Shown: positions 9,484 through 18,580 of the stretch, piece after piece
How positions within the stretch are numbered: position 1 is the stretch's first letter
Layout: the number at the start of each line of letters is the position of its first letter
Origin: Minisyncoccota bacterium
GTDB lineage: Bacteria; Patescibacteriota; Minisyncoccia; Phycocordibacterales; UBA2100
Assembly: GCA_043780835.1 (NCBI GenBank)
Contig: JAYWCB010000001.1
Location: 103,738-167,737 of the forward strand
DNA: 64,000 nt
Direction: 5' to 3'
Notes under the pieces: model-generated
The model's input: the letters and a program-made list of their open reading frames with translations, nothing else
Database searches by the model: none
What the model was told of the DNA's origin: nothing
Made by a program: the position numbers and the translations under genes

Positions 9484-9738
9484 TCAATGGAGAAATTCTA
9501 ATCGGAGCGGTTCAAATCCCCACACAAGAACGAGCGAAACGATAGTGCAAAGCGGAAACATAGTGAGCACAGAGTCATGCGGAAGCCACAGAAAATCAAG
9601 CAGGCTACCGAGCGCTACCGCCTCAAGCGCTCGAAATCGAACTGAAAGCACCACAATACACACCGCGGTTATCCACGGCGCAATAAATAATGAGGCGATT
9701 GCACCGAGCGCGGTACACATGACACGAAACGGAATCAT
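9484..9738 (-). CDS. small membrane protein at the mreD position (MreD-like)
   Basis: 84 aa hydrophobic, GSLLDFL resembles the MreD G.L.D motif, overlaps mreC stop by 4 nt. Confidence 0.55.
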   Translation of the reverse strand: MIPFRVMCTALGAIASLFIAPWITAVCIVVLSVRFRALEAVALGSLLDFLWLPHDSVLTMFPLCTIVSLVLVWGFEPLRLEFLH

Positions 9739-10532
9739 GGCGCAGGAATAATATAGACAAAGCGAATCAGCGACACGTTGACCGGCAATACGATATACAC
9801 TTTTTGCTCGGCGGTTGTCGAAACCGCTTCCACCTTTCCGACAATACCCACGGGATGGCCGCCCAACGTCGGTGCCGTAACCGTGTCACCCACCTGTACA
9901 TTGATACCCCGGGGCACATCCACGCGAGCGTTTCCGTTTCCTTGCCCCGTGGCGGTAACAGCAGCATTTCCGACAACGACGTCAATGTTTGATCCGTTTT
10001 GAAATACCGATTTCACGAGCGTATGCGTTTCACCAACGTCTGCCACGCGCGCGACCACATACCCTGTTTCGCTTAATACCAAGTCACCTTTTGCAATTGC
10101 ATCATTTGCGCCCGCGCTCACCAGAAATGTTCCGTACGGCGATGCGTGATACGACGAAACGACGCGCGCTGTAATACCCGGCGATGATTGCGTAAATCGT
10201 AGCATCGTGCGGAGCGTGTCATTTTCTTGCTTGAGCGCACCATACGCAAACGCGCGCTCTTGCAATGCTGTTAATTGCATTTTTAGGTTTTCATTTTCGG
10301 TGGCGAGCGTGCTGTTTCGAGCAAAAAAACCGCTTCCCGCTACGGATGAACGAGCAGAAGCTGCACCCGTCCACAGCGTGGCACCGGCGCTTCGTATAAA
10401 GTTTCGAAACGGACCTCCCAGCAACGCATCAAGCCCAAAAACACAGAGAATAAAAATTGTTATAAACAAAAGCGTACTTCGTCCCCGTGGCGCACCATGG
10501 AGTGTACGATGCGAAAATTCCTGACGTGCCAT
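9735..10532 (-). CDS. mreC: rod shape-determining protein MreC
   Basis: TM plus LATENENLK/LKQENDTLR coiled coil plus beta domain, between mreB and mrdA; likely start MARQEFS. Confidence 0.9.
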   Translation of the reverse strand: MARQEFSHRTLHGAPRGRSTLLFITIFILCVFGLDALLGGPFRNFIRSAGATLWTGAASARSSVAGSGFFARNSTLATENENLKMQLTALQERAFAYGALKQENDTLRTMLRFTQSSPGITARVVSSYHASPYGTFLVSAGANDAIAKGDLVLSETGYVVARVADVGETHTLVKSVFQNGSNIDVVVGNAAVTATGQGNGNARVDVPRGINVQVGDTVTAPTLGGHPVGIVGKVEAVSTTAEQKVYIVLPVNVSLIRFVYIIPAP

Positions 10533-10537
10533 ACCCG

Positions 10538-10655
10538 TCACACGAAACGGCATTGTCTTTGCATGCCATTTGAAATGAATAATGTCATCACTATTGTGGT
10601 TGCCTTTGTCTGCATAGATGGAATGATTCGACGCATGCTATGCCGTTTCGTGTGA
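10538..10655. repeat. 118-bp element bounded by perfect 16-bp inverted repeats (MITE/REP-like)
   Basis: TCACACGAAACGGCAT (10538-10553) and ATGCCGTTTCGTGTGA (10640-10655) in the mreB-mreC spacer. Confidence 0.65.
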
Positions 10656-10665
10656 ATGGACATAT

Positions 10666-11742
10666 TTAGAATCTATCGTTTGCCAAAAGTTCTTCGTCGC
10701 TGCGAAGCATTGCTTCTTTGTACAACTCCATGTCGTTGAGAATAATTGACGTACCGCGCACGACCGCCGTCAGCGGATCCGACGCGACCGTAACCGGTAC
10801 GCCCAGGTTTCGTGAAAAGTATTCCGGCAAACCCCGTATGAGCGCACCACCGCCTGCAAGATAAATGCCTCGCTGTACGATATCTCCGACGATTTCCGGC
10901 GGGGTGGTTTCTAGCACCTCTTTAATGGAATCAACAAGCTCTTCAATAGAGTGACCAATTGCGTTTCTGATGTCTTGATCGGATACGAGGATCTCGCGCG
11001 GCAAACCCGTCACCAAGTCGCGGCCGCGAATTATTGCTTCGATACGATCACGGTTTAATGCGACAGACGCAATCGCTATCTTGACTTCTTCAGCTGTCTT
11101 TTCGCCGATAAGCATTTTAAATTCATTGCGGATATGACTCACGATGTCGCTATTGAAACGATCGCCCGCAATTCGTACATTGCGTGCATTTACCAATCCG
11201 CCGAGACTGACGATACCGATGTCCGTTGTGCCTCCGCCAATATCAACAATCATGCTTCCGGTCGGCTCGTGAACCGGGAGCTCAATACCAATAGCGGCCG
11301 CCAGCGGCTCTTCCACAATATGGACTTCTCGCGCACCTGCGGCGCGCGCTGCATCGCGAACCGCACGCACTTCAACTGAAGTAATACCCGAAGGCACGCC
11401 GACCGCCACACGGGGTCCGAGCATTTTTGATTTACCGCCCTGCGCTTTATCAATAAGGTACGCAAGCATTTCCGATGTAACTTCGAAGTCAGAAATGACT
11501 CCGTCAACAACCGGTTGTACCGCTTGAATATGTGCCGGTGTTCTGCCGAGCATGTCTTTTGCAACCTGTCCGACGGCAACCACTTGTCCCGTTTTTGTAT
11601 TCACCGCAACAATCGACGGTTCATTGATGACGATGCCGCGCCCCTTTACATACACGAGAGTATTCGCAGTGCCGAGATCGATGCCAATGTCGAGTGAGAA
11701 ATAGCCGAGTATTTTGTCTTTAAATTTTCGAAACGAATCCAT
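10666..11742 (-). CDS. mreB: rod shape-determining protein MreB
   Basis: GIDLGTANTL, VDIGGGTTD, LAGGGALI actin-fold motifs. Confidence 0.95.
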   Translation of the reverse strand: MDSFRKFKDKILGYFSLDIGIDLGTANTLVYVKGRGIVINEPSIVAVNTKTGQVVAVGQVAKDMLGRTPAHIQAVQPVVDGVISDFEVTSEMLAYLIDKAQGGKSKMLGPRVAVGVPSGITSVEVRAVRDAARAAGAREVHIVEEPLAAAIGIELPVHEPTGSMIVDIGGGTTDIGIVSLGGLVNARNVRIAGDRFNSDIVSHIRNEFKMLIGEKTAEEVKIAIASVALNRDRIEAIIRGRDLVTGLPREILVSDQDIRNAIGHSIEELVDSIKEVLETTPPEIVGDIVQRGIYLAGGGALIRGLPEYFSRNLGVPVTVASDPLTAVVRGTSIILNDMELYKEAMLRSDEELLANDRF

Positions 11743-11757
11743 GATATTTCAACCGCA

Positions 11758-13011
11758 TTACTCGCAAAGGTACTCAATGACGCGGCTGTCCGCAAGAAAA
11801 GAAGTTGATCCGTTTTTCCTATCCATAACCTCTACGCCACCCTCGGCCATTGTCTTTTCTGAGACGATGATGCGCGTAGGAATTCCCATAAGTTCAGCGT
11901 CTGCAAATTTTTCTCCGGCACGCACATCGCGGTCATCGAACAATACTTCAATGCCGTGTTCTTGAAGCTCCTCGTACATACGCACCGCTTCAGCAACCAC
12001 GTCTTCATTACCGCCCGAGAGCACGAGCAAATGCACCGCATACGGTGCAACTGATTTCGGCCACACAATTCCTTTTTCGTCAGCGAACTTCTCTACGAGT
12101 ACGCCCATGAGACGAGTGATTCCAATACCATATGAACCCATCCATACAGGAGCTTCAGCACCCTGCGCATCTTTGACCGAAAGCCCAAGATCGCGCGCTT
12201 TTTCTTGCCCGAAATTAAATATGTTTCCGACTTCCGCCGAATTAACTTTTTCCAAAGAGTCGCGCTCAATTCCGAGCGTTTCAAGCGTCTCGTCATTGAG
12301 CACTTCTTCGTTGATGGCGATACCTCTCTCGCGGTTGATATAAATACAGTCTTCTCCCGTTTCGCAGACAGTCTGGAATTCGTGACTGTATTTGGTAAAT
12401 GCGCCACCTGCCGCAAACGTGATATAGGTGTCTGGCCCTAAACCGAGCCGCTCAAAAACACGCATGTATGCAGGCTTTACGGATTCGTAATAGGAAAGAT
12501 GCGATGCTTCATCGGCGGCAAATGAGTACATGTCGTTCATGACGAACTCTCGTCCGCGCATGATGCCGCTTTTTGCTCGTGTTTCGTTGCGAAGCTTTGT
12601 CTGGAACTGATACACGGATACCGGGAGGTCTTTGTAGCTCGAAATGTAATTTTTCATCATCTCTCCGCTCGGTTCTTCATGACTCCAACCGAATCCGACT
12701 TCACCTCCTGCTTTGAGTTCTGATTTGAACCACACGTCGACGACACCATCGTCCCATCGTCCCGTTTTTTCCCACAATTCTTTTTTTTGCAGAGTGGTCA
12801 TAATGAGCTCCTGCCCATCGACGGAGTTCATTTCTTCGCGGACAATCTGCTTAATCTTTTCTAAAACCCGAATTCCGAGCGGCAAATAGGCATACACGCC
12901 GGCCATTTCTTTATGAATATAGCCCGCTCTGATAAGCAGTTGCGCATTTTTTGCGACTTCGTCTTTTGGCGCCTCCTTTCGAGTTTTCGTAAATAGGTGC
13001 GATTGGCGCAT
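11758..13011 (-). CDS. proS: proline--tRNA ligase (short form, no editing insertion)
   Basis: MRQSHLF...LIRAGY, YQFQTKLRNE.R.KSGIMRGREF, MGSYGIGITR, DDRDVRAGEKFADAELMGIP. Confidence 0.93.
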   Translation of the reverse strand: MRQSHLFTKTRKEAPKDEVAKNAQLLIRAGYIHKEMAGVYAYLPLGIRVLEKIKQIVREEMNSVDGQELIMTTLQKKELWEKTGRWDDGVVDVWFKSELKAGGEVGFGWSHEEPSGEMMKNYISSYKDLPVSVYQFQTKLRNETRAKSGIMRGREFVMNDMYSFAADEASHLSYYESVKPAYMRVFERLGLGPDTYITFAAGGAFTKYSHEFQTVCETGEDCIYINRERGIAINEEVLNDETLETLGIERDSLEKVNSAEVGNIFNFGQEKARDLGLSVKDAQGAEAPVWMGSYGIGITRLMGVLVEKFADEKGIVWPKSVAPYAVHLLVLSGGNEDVVAEAVRMYEELQEHGIEVLFDDRDVRAGEKFADAELMGIPTRIIVSEKTMAEGGVEVMDRKNGSTSFLADSRVIEYLCE

Positions 13012-13092
13012 ACGTTGGCACATAGTATCAGATGCGCAGTCGCGTACAAAAAGGCGGTATTCTGGCCTTTTTGGGCTTATGAAAAAAAGCGC

Positions 13093-13121
13093 TTGTCAGC
13101 GCCGGAAAATACAGGTACATT
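13093..13121 (+). promoter_or_regulatory. sigma70-type promoter
   Basis: TTGTCA-N17-TACATT upstream of the small ORF at 13222. Confidence 0.55.
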
Positions 13122-13221
13122 CAGCGGGAATTGCACTCTCCCGTGCTACGATCACCTCACGCGGAGGTAGGTACTGTTAAGTAGTGCATTCGTGATCCTT
13201 TTCCCTAACCGAGGAAACTCA

Positions 13222-13431
13222 ATGCCAGTCACCGCAGCTAACCGTACTGCCGACTTCGCCGACGTACCGCCCGGATCAATTCCGGCATCGCGCACCGGAG
13301 TGTATCGTCACGATCACTTTACGCATCGTGATCGTGTCTACGCGGCCCACATGCAGCAACAGATGCCTCGCGAAAACGATGTCATCCGCCAGCAACAGAT
13401 GCAACAGCAGTGCGGATCGCGTCTCGACTAA
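13222..13431 (+). CDS. small Gln/His-rich hypothetical protein (69 aa)
   Basis: GAGGA RBS 6 nt before ATG, own promoter-like sequence and downstream terminator. Confidence 0.55.
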   Translation: MPVTAANRTADFADVPPGSIPASRTGVYRHDHFTHRDRVYAAHMQQQMPRENDVIRQQQMQQQCGSRLD

Positions 13432-13475
13432 TTGGGAAACCCAGAAGGGAGACTCGCCGCGTAAGGCGAGCCCAT

Positions 13476-13514
13476 AAGCCGGCAGTGCGTGTGTACGTAC
13501 TGCCGGCTTTTTTT
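13476..13514 (+). terminator. intrinsic terminator
   Basis: AAGCCGGCAGTGCGT-GTGT-ACGTACTGCCGGCTT followed by a T run. Confidence 0.8.
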
Positions 13515-13518
13515 ATAT

Positions 13519-14592
13519 TTACGCAAATAGCCGTGCGATATCGTGATAGGTCACCGTAACCATAAGCATGATCACGAGCGCGAGTCCGATAGCGTTTACT
13601 AATTGCACGGCAATTTTCGGAGCCCGTCGCCGTGAAATGGATTCAATAATGACAATCAATAATCGACCTCCGTCGAGCGCCGGAACGGGAATCAAGTTGA
13701 TGATTGTCAGATTCACAGAAATGAATGCGGCGAGTGAAAGGACGTAGCCCCACCCATTACTTGAAGCCTCTCCGACTGCGGTTACGAGCCCGACAGGCCC
13801 GACAACATCCGAAAGATCAGGTTTACCATGGAGTGCTTGCGACACAATGCCGTAAAGTCCATCCCATACAACAACAAATGTCACCTTTGTGCGCGCGAAT
13901 CCTTCGACAACAGATTCCTTGAAACCGAGCGATTCCGTTTCGGCGAGTAGCAGTCCGAGTCCGACGGCCGGTCTGCCTTCACTCCCCGGAATAATTGCGT
14001 GCGCAGGCCGCATGATGCCGGTTTTCAGTATTTTGTCGTGAATGTACGAGACCTCGATTTCTTTTCCTGCGCGCTTGCTCACAAAATCCGAAACACCTTG
14101 CGGCGTAATGTCCACAAGATCGGTTTTACCTTCGCGAACCGCCGCGATTTCATCGCCGGCCTTGATGCCCGAGGCATCTGCGGGAGACGCAGGTATAACT
14201 TGCGAAACAATTAATTGAGTATGTGCTCCCCGTACCTCAACCGGATGCAGCACACCAATCATGTATGCGCCGCTAAAGAGCGCCCACGCCGCGAGTGCAT
14301 TCATCGTAACGCCGGCAAGGAGGATTATCGCCTGCTTCCATCGTGGCGCATCGGAAAAGCTTCCCGAGCCATGCTCCTCTTCTTCCCCGAATAAGCGCAC
14401 GAAGCCGCCGAACGGGATCCAGTTCAATGTGTATTCAGTACCACCGAAACGGCCAAATGAAAACGCGCGCGGCGGATAGCCAACACCAAATTCTTCCACT
14501 TTGACTCGAAAGAGCTTCGCAGCAATGAAATGCCCGAGCTCGTGCACCACGATAAGAAACACGAGAATCGCAATGACCAAAAGTGCGGTCAT
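13519..14592 (-). CDS. rseP: site-2 protease RseP (M50, PDZ)
   Basis: HELGH, WIPFGGFVR, PDZ segment, NLIPVPALDGGR. Confidence 0.93.
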   Translation of the reverse strand: MTALLVIAILVFLIVVHELGHFIAAKLFRVKVEEFGVGYPPRAFSFGRFGGTEYTLNWIPFGGFVRLFGEEEEHGSGSFSDAPRWKQAIILLAGVTMNALAAWALFSGAYMIGVLHPVEVRGAHTQLIVSQVIPASPADASGIKAGDEIAAVREGKTDLVDITPQGVSDFVSKRAGKEIEVSYIHDKILKTGIMRPAHAIIPGSEGRPAVGLGLLLAETESLGFKESVVEGFARTKVTFVVVWDGLYGIVSQALHGKPDLSDVVGPVGLVTAVGEASSNGWGYVLSLAAFISVNLTIINLIPVPALDGGRLLIVIIESISRRRAPKIAVQLVNAIGLALVIMLMVTVTYHDIARLFA

Positions 14593-14596
14593 ATAA

Positions 14597-15148
14597 TCAG
14601 GATGTCATCTCTGTCTCTTTTGCCTTAAATGCGCCTTCCAATGCCTCGTTTGTTGTATCGACTTTTTCCTGCAAGTTCTCTTTGAGCGCGAATTTATCGT
14701 CTTCCGTCAACGTGCCCTCGCGTTCGCGTTCCTGAATCTCTTTCCAGCATTCGTCGCGAGCAAGTCGCACCGATGTGCGCGCCTCTTCCAATTTGTGCTT
14801 TGCAATCTTAATCAGCTCCGCTCGTCTTTCACCTGTTAGTTCCGGAAATGTAACGCGCACCGATGAGCCGTCGGCAGTGGTACCCACACCAAGATTTGCT
14901 GCGATGATCCCCTTCTCGATATCTTTCAGAAGTGATGCGTCATACGCAGTGATTCGAATAGAACGCGCGTCTTCTACCGAAATATTACCGACTTGTTTTA
15001 AAGGAGTCTGTGATCCGTACGCCGAAATCTGCACACCGTCCAAAATAGCGGGTGTAGCTCGGCCAGTTCTCAGTCCCCCGTACTCCTTTTTAAGCCACTC
15101 CTCGGATGCTTTTAGTTTGCCCTCGACGTGTTTGAAATCGTAGTCCAT
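14597..15148 (-). CDS. frr: ribosome recycling factor
   Basis: LRTGRATPAILD, FPELTGERRAEL. Confidence 0.95.
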   Translation of the reverse strand: MDYDFKHVEGKLKASEEWLKKEYGGLRTGRATPAILDGVQISAYGSQTPLKQVGNISVEDARSIRITAYDASLLKDIEKGIIAANLGVGTTADGSSVRVTFPELTGERRAELIKIAKHKLEEARTSVRLARDECWKEIQEREREGTLTEDDKFALKENLQEKVDTTNEALEGAFKAKETEMTS

Positions 15149-15167
15149 ATATATTGTAGTGTGAAGA

Positions 15168-15836
15168 TTATAGCATTGGTACTAAAAGCGCGACATGTTC
15201 CAAGAGCGGCTTCAAGAGCGAGCCCTTATCACCGACATACCTGCGCGCCCGATACACCGCTTCGAGTCCCTCACGGCGCGCAGCGTCGGTTCCGTCCCTT
15301 GAGTGTGGCATTGACGCAAGCATGCGCTCCACGGATGAAAGGAATGTGATGATACCGCCGACGTCTCGCCGGTCATCGTCATTTTTAAGCAGCAGAGGTT
15401 TCAGCATTTCAATACGATCGCGTGGTTTTGCCCTGAAAAACTTTGTCACGTCGACTGCTGATTGTTCAGAAATACCGATATCTATCATTTGTGCGCGCGA
15501 GCGCAGCGTCGGTAACAGCGTTGCCGGTGCCGGTGTAACAAGAAAAAACAGCGCATTACTCGGTGGCTCCTCAAGTGTTTTCAACAGCGCGTTTTGTGCT
15601 TCTCCCGTTATAACCGTAAACAGCGCCACGAATATACGACGCCCACCGCTCATAGACTTGCCGTACGCACGCGCTGAAAGCTCGCGCGCCTCATCGATAC
15701 CAAAATGCGGGTATACACGCACGTAGGCGTCAGGATTTCCTATGAGTTCAATCCCCTCTGCTTTCAAGAGTTCTGCCAGTAACGGCATAGTGGACTCATC
15801 CCCTCGCACGAGATACGTATTGCCAGCAAGCGTCAT
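15168..15836 (-). CDS. holB: DNA polymerase III delta-prime-like protein (truncated CPR type)
   Basis: EAQNALLKTLEEPP...LLPTLRSR. Confidence 0.75.
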   Translation of the reverse strand: MTLAGNTYLVRGDESTMPLLAELLKAEGIELIGNPDAYVRVYPHFGIDEARELSARAYGKSMSGGRRIFVALFTVITGEAQNALLKTLEEPPSNALFFLVTPAPATLLPTLRSRAQMIDIGISEQSAVDVTKFFRAKPRDRIEMLKPLLLKNDDDRRDVGGIITFLSSVERMLASMPHSRDGTDAARREGLEAVYRARRYVGDKGSLLKPLLEHVALLVPML

Positions 15837-15856
15837 GCGAGTAGTATACTCGCGAT

Positions 15857-16405
15857 ATGTCACAGCAGCCCAATGATGTAGAAAAATTCGCCCTTAAGAT
15901 TACGCGTGGCATCGGTTCGCCCACATCAATAATCGTGCACACAATTTTGTTTATCAGCAGTTTTGCAATTTCGTTTGCCGGATGGATTCCCGTGGATCGC
16001 ATGCTGTTGGTACTCACAACTGTTTTATCTCTCGAAGCGATCTACCTCGCTATTTTCATACAGATGACTATCAACATTACGAACGCAACCGTGCGTGAGG
16101 TCGAGAAAGACATCGACGCTATTCAGGAAGACGTGGAGGAGATTCAAGAGGATGTGGGAGAGATTCAAGAGGATGTTGGAGAAATCTCCGAAGACGTTGA
16201 TTCCATTCAAAAAGACGTCGATGAATTGCAAGAAGACGTGGAGGAGATCTCCGAGGACGTGGAAGAAATGAGCGAAGAAGACAAGGCGGAGGAAGCAGAG
16301 GAAGCCGCCGAAGAAGTACGCAAGGGCGAACAAAAGCGAACACTCGAAACCATTCAAACCGATCTTCGCAAGCTGATGGAAGATATTTCGAAACTACAAA
16401 AATAG
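15857..16405 (+). CDS. DUF1003-like membrane protein with acidic heptad coiled-coil tail
   Basis: LTTVLSLEAIYLAIFIQM motif, then about 8 IQEDVEE-type heptads. Confidence 0.75.
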   Translation: MSQQPNDVEKFALKITRGIGSPTSIIVHTILFISSFAISFAGWIPVDRMLLVLTTVLSLEAIYLAIFIQMTINITNATVREVEKDIDAIQEDVEEIQEDVGEIQEDVGEISEDVDSIQKDVDELQEDVEEISEDVEEMSEEDKAEEAEEAAEEVRKGEQKRTLETIQTDLRKLMEDISKLQK

Positions 16406-16450
16406 AGAGCTCGGCACATCATGCCGAGCTCTGTGTTTGCGTAATAGTGC

Positions 16451-16957
16451 TCACTGTTCAAGTATCAACATGCTCCGCTGCAATTCAACCCGCTTCAGAA
16501 GCGCGAGATAACGCATACCGAGGATCACGACACCGAGATGCCCACCGCGCTGAACGGCCGCGGGAACATTGCGCACAGTGACATCTCCGATCTGAATACT
16601 GTCGATGTTGACGCGCGCAAAATTCACGATACCGCTCGCGGTGAGTGCGCGTGCAGTGAAATCACGATCGCTCACGCGAATGCCAAGCGTCGCTGCCATC
16701 GTGTCGGTCAACACGATGCTCGTGGCCCCGGTATCCAGAAGAAATCGCGTAGGTGCTCCGTTGATGGTTCCCTCCGCTTCAAATGCGCCACCTTCTTGCA
16801 GTTGGATAACGGTGCGCTTCGGACCAGACTCCGGCGCTTTGTATTGAGACTGAACCACGAACGGAGGGTCGCAGATCTCCTTCGTTTGTCCGCTGAGCAT
16901 CCAGACGCAGTAACCACCAGCCAGAAATGAGATGCAGTACGTAAGAACACGAAGCAT
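16451..16957 (-). CDS. clan AA retropepsin-like aspartic protease (TIGR02281-like)
   Basis: FLLDTGAT, ILGMRYL, N-terminal TM. Confidence 0.85.
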   Translation of the reverse strand: MLRVLTYCISFLAGGYCVWMLSGQTKEICDPPFVVQSQYKAPESGPKRTVIQLQEGGAFEAEGTINGAPTRFLLDTGATSIVLTDTMAATLGIRVSDRDFTARALTASGIVNFARVNIDSIQIGDVTVRNVPAAVQRGGHLGVVILGMRYLALLKRVELQRSMLILEQ

Positions 16958-17036
16958 GTGGACGCCCCCTTTTGAATGCCGAACTGATGCCACCATGCTG
17001 GCTTATTGGGCCGTTGTCAAACGAAGCGCGAGATGC

Positions 17037-17065
17037 TTGACATCAGCAATTAAACGTGCTAAGAT
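17037..17065 (+). promoter_or_regulatory. sigma70-type promoter
   Basis: TTGACA-N17-TAAGAT upstream of the gene at 17118. Confidence 0.7.
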
Positions 17066-17117
17066 AAAGATCGCCTATATTGCTACAATCCTAAGTCACA
17101 ACCTGGAGGCTATCTCG

Positions 17118-17939
17118 ATGCTGTTCCGCACCATCACTGCTGCTGCCCTCTCGCTGTCGCTCGCTCTCCCCGCTCTTGCGGCGGATGCGACCTATACGGT
17201 CAAAAAGGGTCAACATCTGACCTGGATCGCAAAACAGAACGGAACCACTGTCGCGGCGATGATCGTCGCGAACGAGGCCGAGCTCAATGCGAACTACGAC
17301 AAGCAGTGCGCGCGGCTTTCGGACTCGTTCCGCAACCGCACGTCGAACAAAGGCGCCCTCAAAGGCGGCAAGTTCTACTGCAACGATCGTTTCACCCGTG
17401 GGTACGCCCACACGCTGAATGCGGGTCTCGTGCTCAAAGTCGCACCGACCGAAGCTCCGAAGTCGATCGAAGAGACGGTCATCGACATCAAGGGTAACAA
17501 TGTCACCCTGGTAATAGATGTCACCGTGTCGATGAACGACAAGATCTCGAAGACGGCGTCGTTCTACCACGCCGCTCTGAAGCAGCACAAGAAGGTCACC
17601 GCAGTGTACTTCTATGCAGACGGACGCGTCGATCGGCTCGAGAACACCGGCGTCGTTCGCATTCAGGAGGAGTTGGTGAAGCGCAGCAACGGCGGTGTCG
17701 AAAACACCTTCGGCGCTCTCAAGGAAGCGGCGAAGGACAAGCCCGATGCCATCGTTGTGGTCTCGGACGAGGTCGGCGACGACTGGGGCAAGTGGGAAGG
17801 CGTGAAGGATCTTCCGCCCGTCATTGCGCACTGCGTCTCGTCGAATCCCGGCAGCGATTGCCGCGATAGTTTCCAGCGCGTCGCGCGAGAAACCGGCGGC
17901 AAGTACATCGAGGGATACTCCTCAATGGCTCGCAACTGA
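17118..17939 (+). CDS. secreted LysM plus vWA-like domain protein
   Basis: GGAGG RBS, signal peptide, YTVKKGQHLTWIA...N LysM, VIDVTVSM (DxSxS-like) and VVVSDE. Confidence 0.7.
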   Translation: MLFRTITAAALSLSLALPALAADATYTVKKGQHLTWIAKQNGTTVAAMIVANEAELNANYDKQCARLSDSFRNRTSNKGALKGGKFYCNDRFTRGYAHTLNAGLVLKVAPTEAPKSIEETVIDIKGNNVTLVIDVTVSMNDKISKTASFYHAALKQHKKVTAVYFYADGRVDRLENTGVVRIQEELVKRSNGGVENTFGALKEAAKDKPDAIVVVSDEVGDDWGKWEGVKDLPPVIAHCVSSNPGSDCRDSFQRVARETGGKYIEGYSSMARN

Positions 17940-17970
17940 ACTGAAGTTCTTTCATTCTTTCAACTAAGGC

Positions 17971-17999
17971 AAAACCCCGCGATTCGTCGCGGGGTTTTT
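17971..17999 (+). terminator. intrinsic terminator
   Basis: AAAACCCCGCGA-TTCG-TCGCGGGGTTTTT. Confidence 0.85.
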
Positions 18000-18129
18000 G
18001 TTATCGGATCGACCATAATGGACTTTTTTGATTAAAGGAGGACGCTTGCTGTCTATTGACGACCTTATATACTTATGTTTCTATCCTGCTAGCCAATTCC
18101 ACTCTGCTCACGTCTGGGAGACTCCCGCT

Positions 18130-18540
18130 ATGACAAATGGTGTAAAACGGAATTCGAAAAAAGCACAAAAGGCTACGGACCGAAAAGCGATTGCCGCAAG
18201 GCTCAAGGCGGCGCGAATAAACGCCAAGTATCGAACCGCGACCGGAGCTGCGCACAAACTTGAGATTCCTACTCCGTCGTACCTCTCCTACGAGAACGGT
18301 ACGCGGTCGCTTCCGACCCGCATTGCTCAAATTTGCGCGAATGCGTACGGTACCACTATTCAGCAAATCCTCACCGGTGATCACACCGGGAAGTCGCTGC
18401 CAATCAGTGCCAATGCAAAACGCGCTCAGACTTCTGATATCGAAAAGTTATCGGAGCAGCTTGGAACACTCACTCCTTCAATGCGCGCGGTCTTTTTTGC
18501 GCATTTGACGGGGATGATTTTGGTCCTGCGGTCAATGTGA
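18130..18540 (+). CDS. XRE-family HTH transcriptional regulator
   Basis: RLKAAR...AAHKLEI...YLSYENGTR. Confidence 0.8.
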   Translation: MTNGVKRNSKKAQKATDRKAIAARLKAARINAKYRTATGAAHKLEIPTPSYLSYENGTRSLPTRIAQICANAYGTTIQQILTGDHTGKSLPISANAKRAQTSDIEKLSEQLGTLTPSMRAVFFAHLTGMILVLRSM

Positions 18541-18580
18541 TCTCTTTTGCCCCGCTCATCATCGTGCGGGGCAAAAACTT

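Noticed and set aside
17091-17831. 246-aa minus-strand ORF
   Set aside because: Shadow of the GC3-rich LysM-vWA gene, which has the promoter, RBS and terminator
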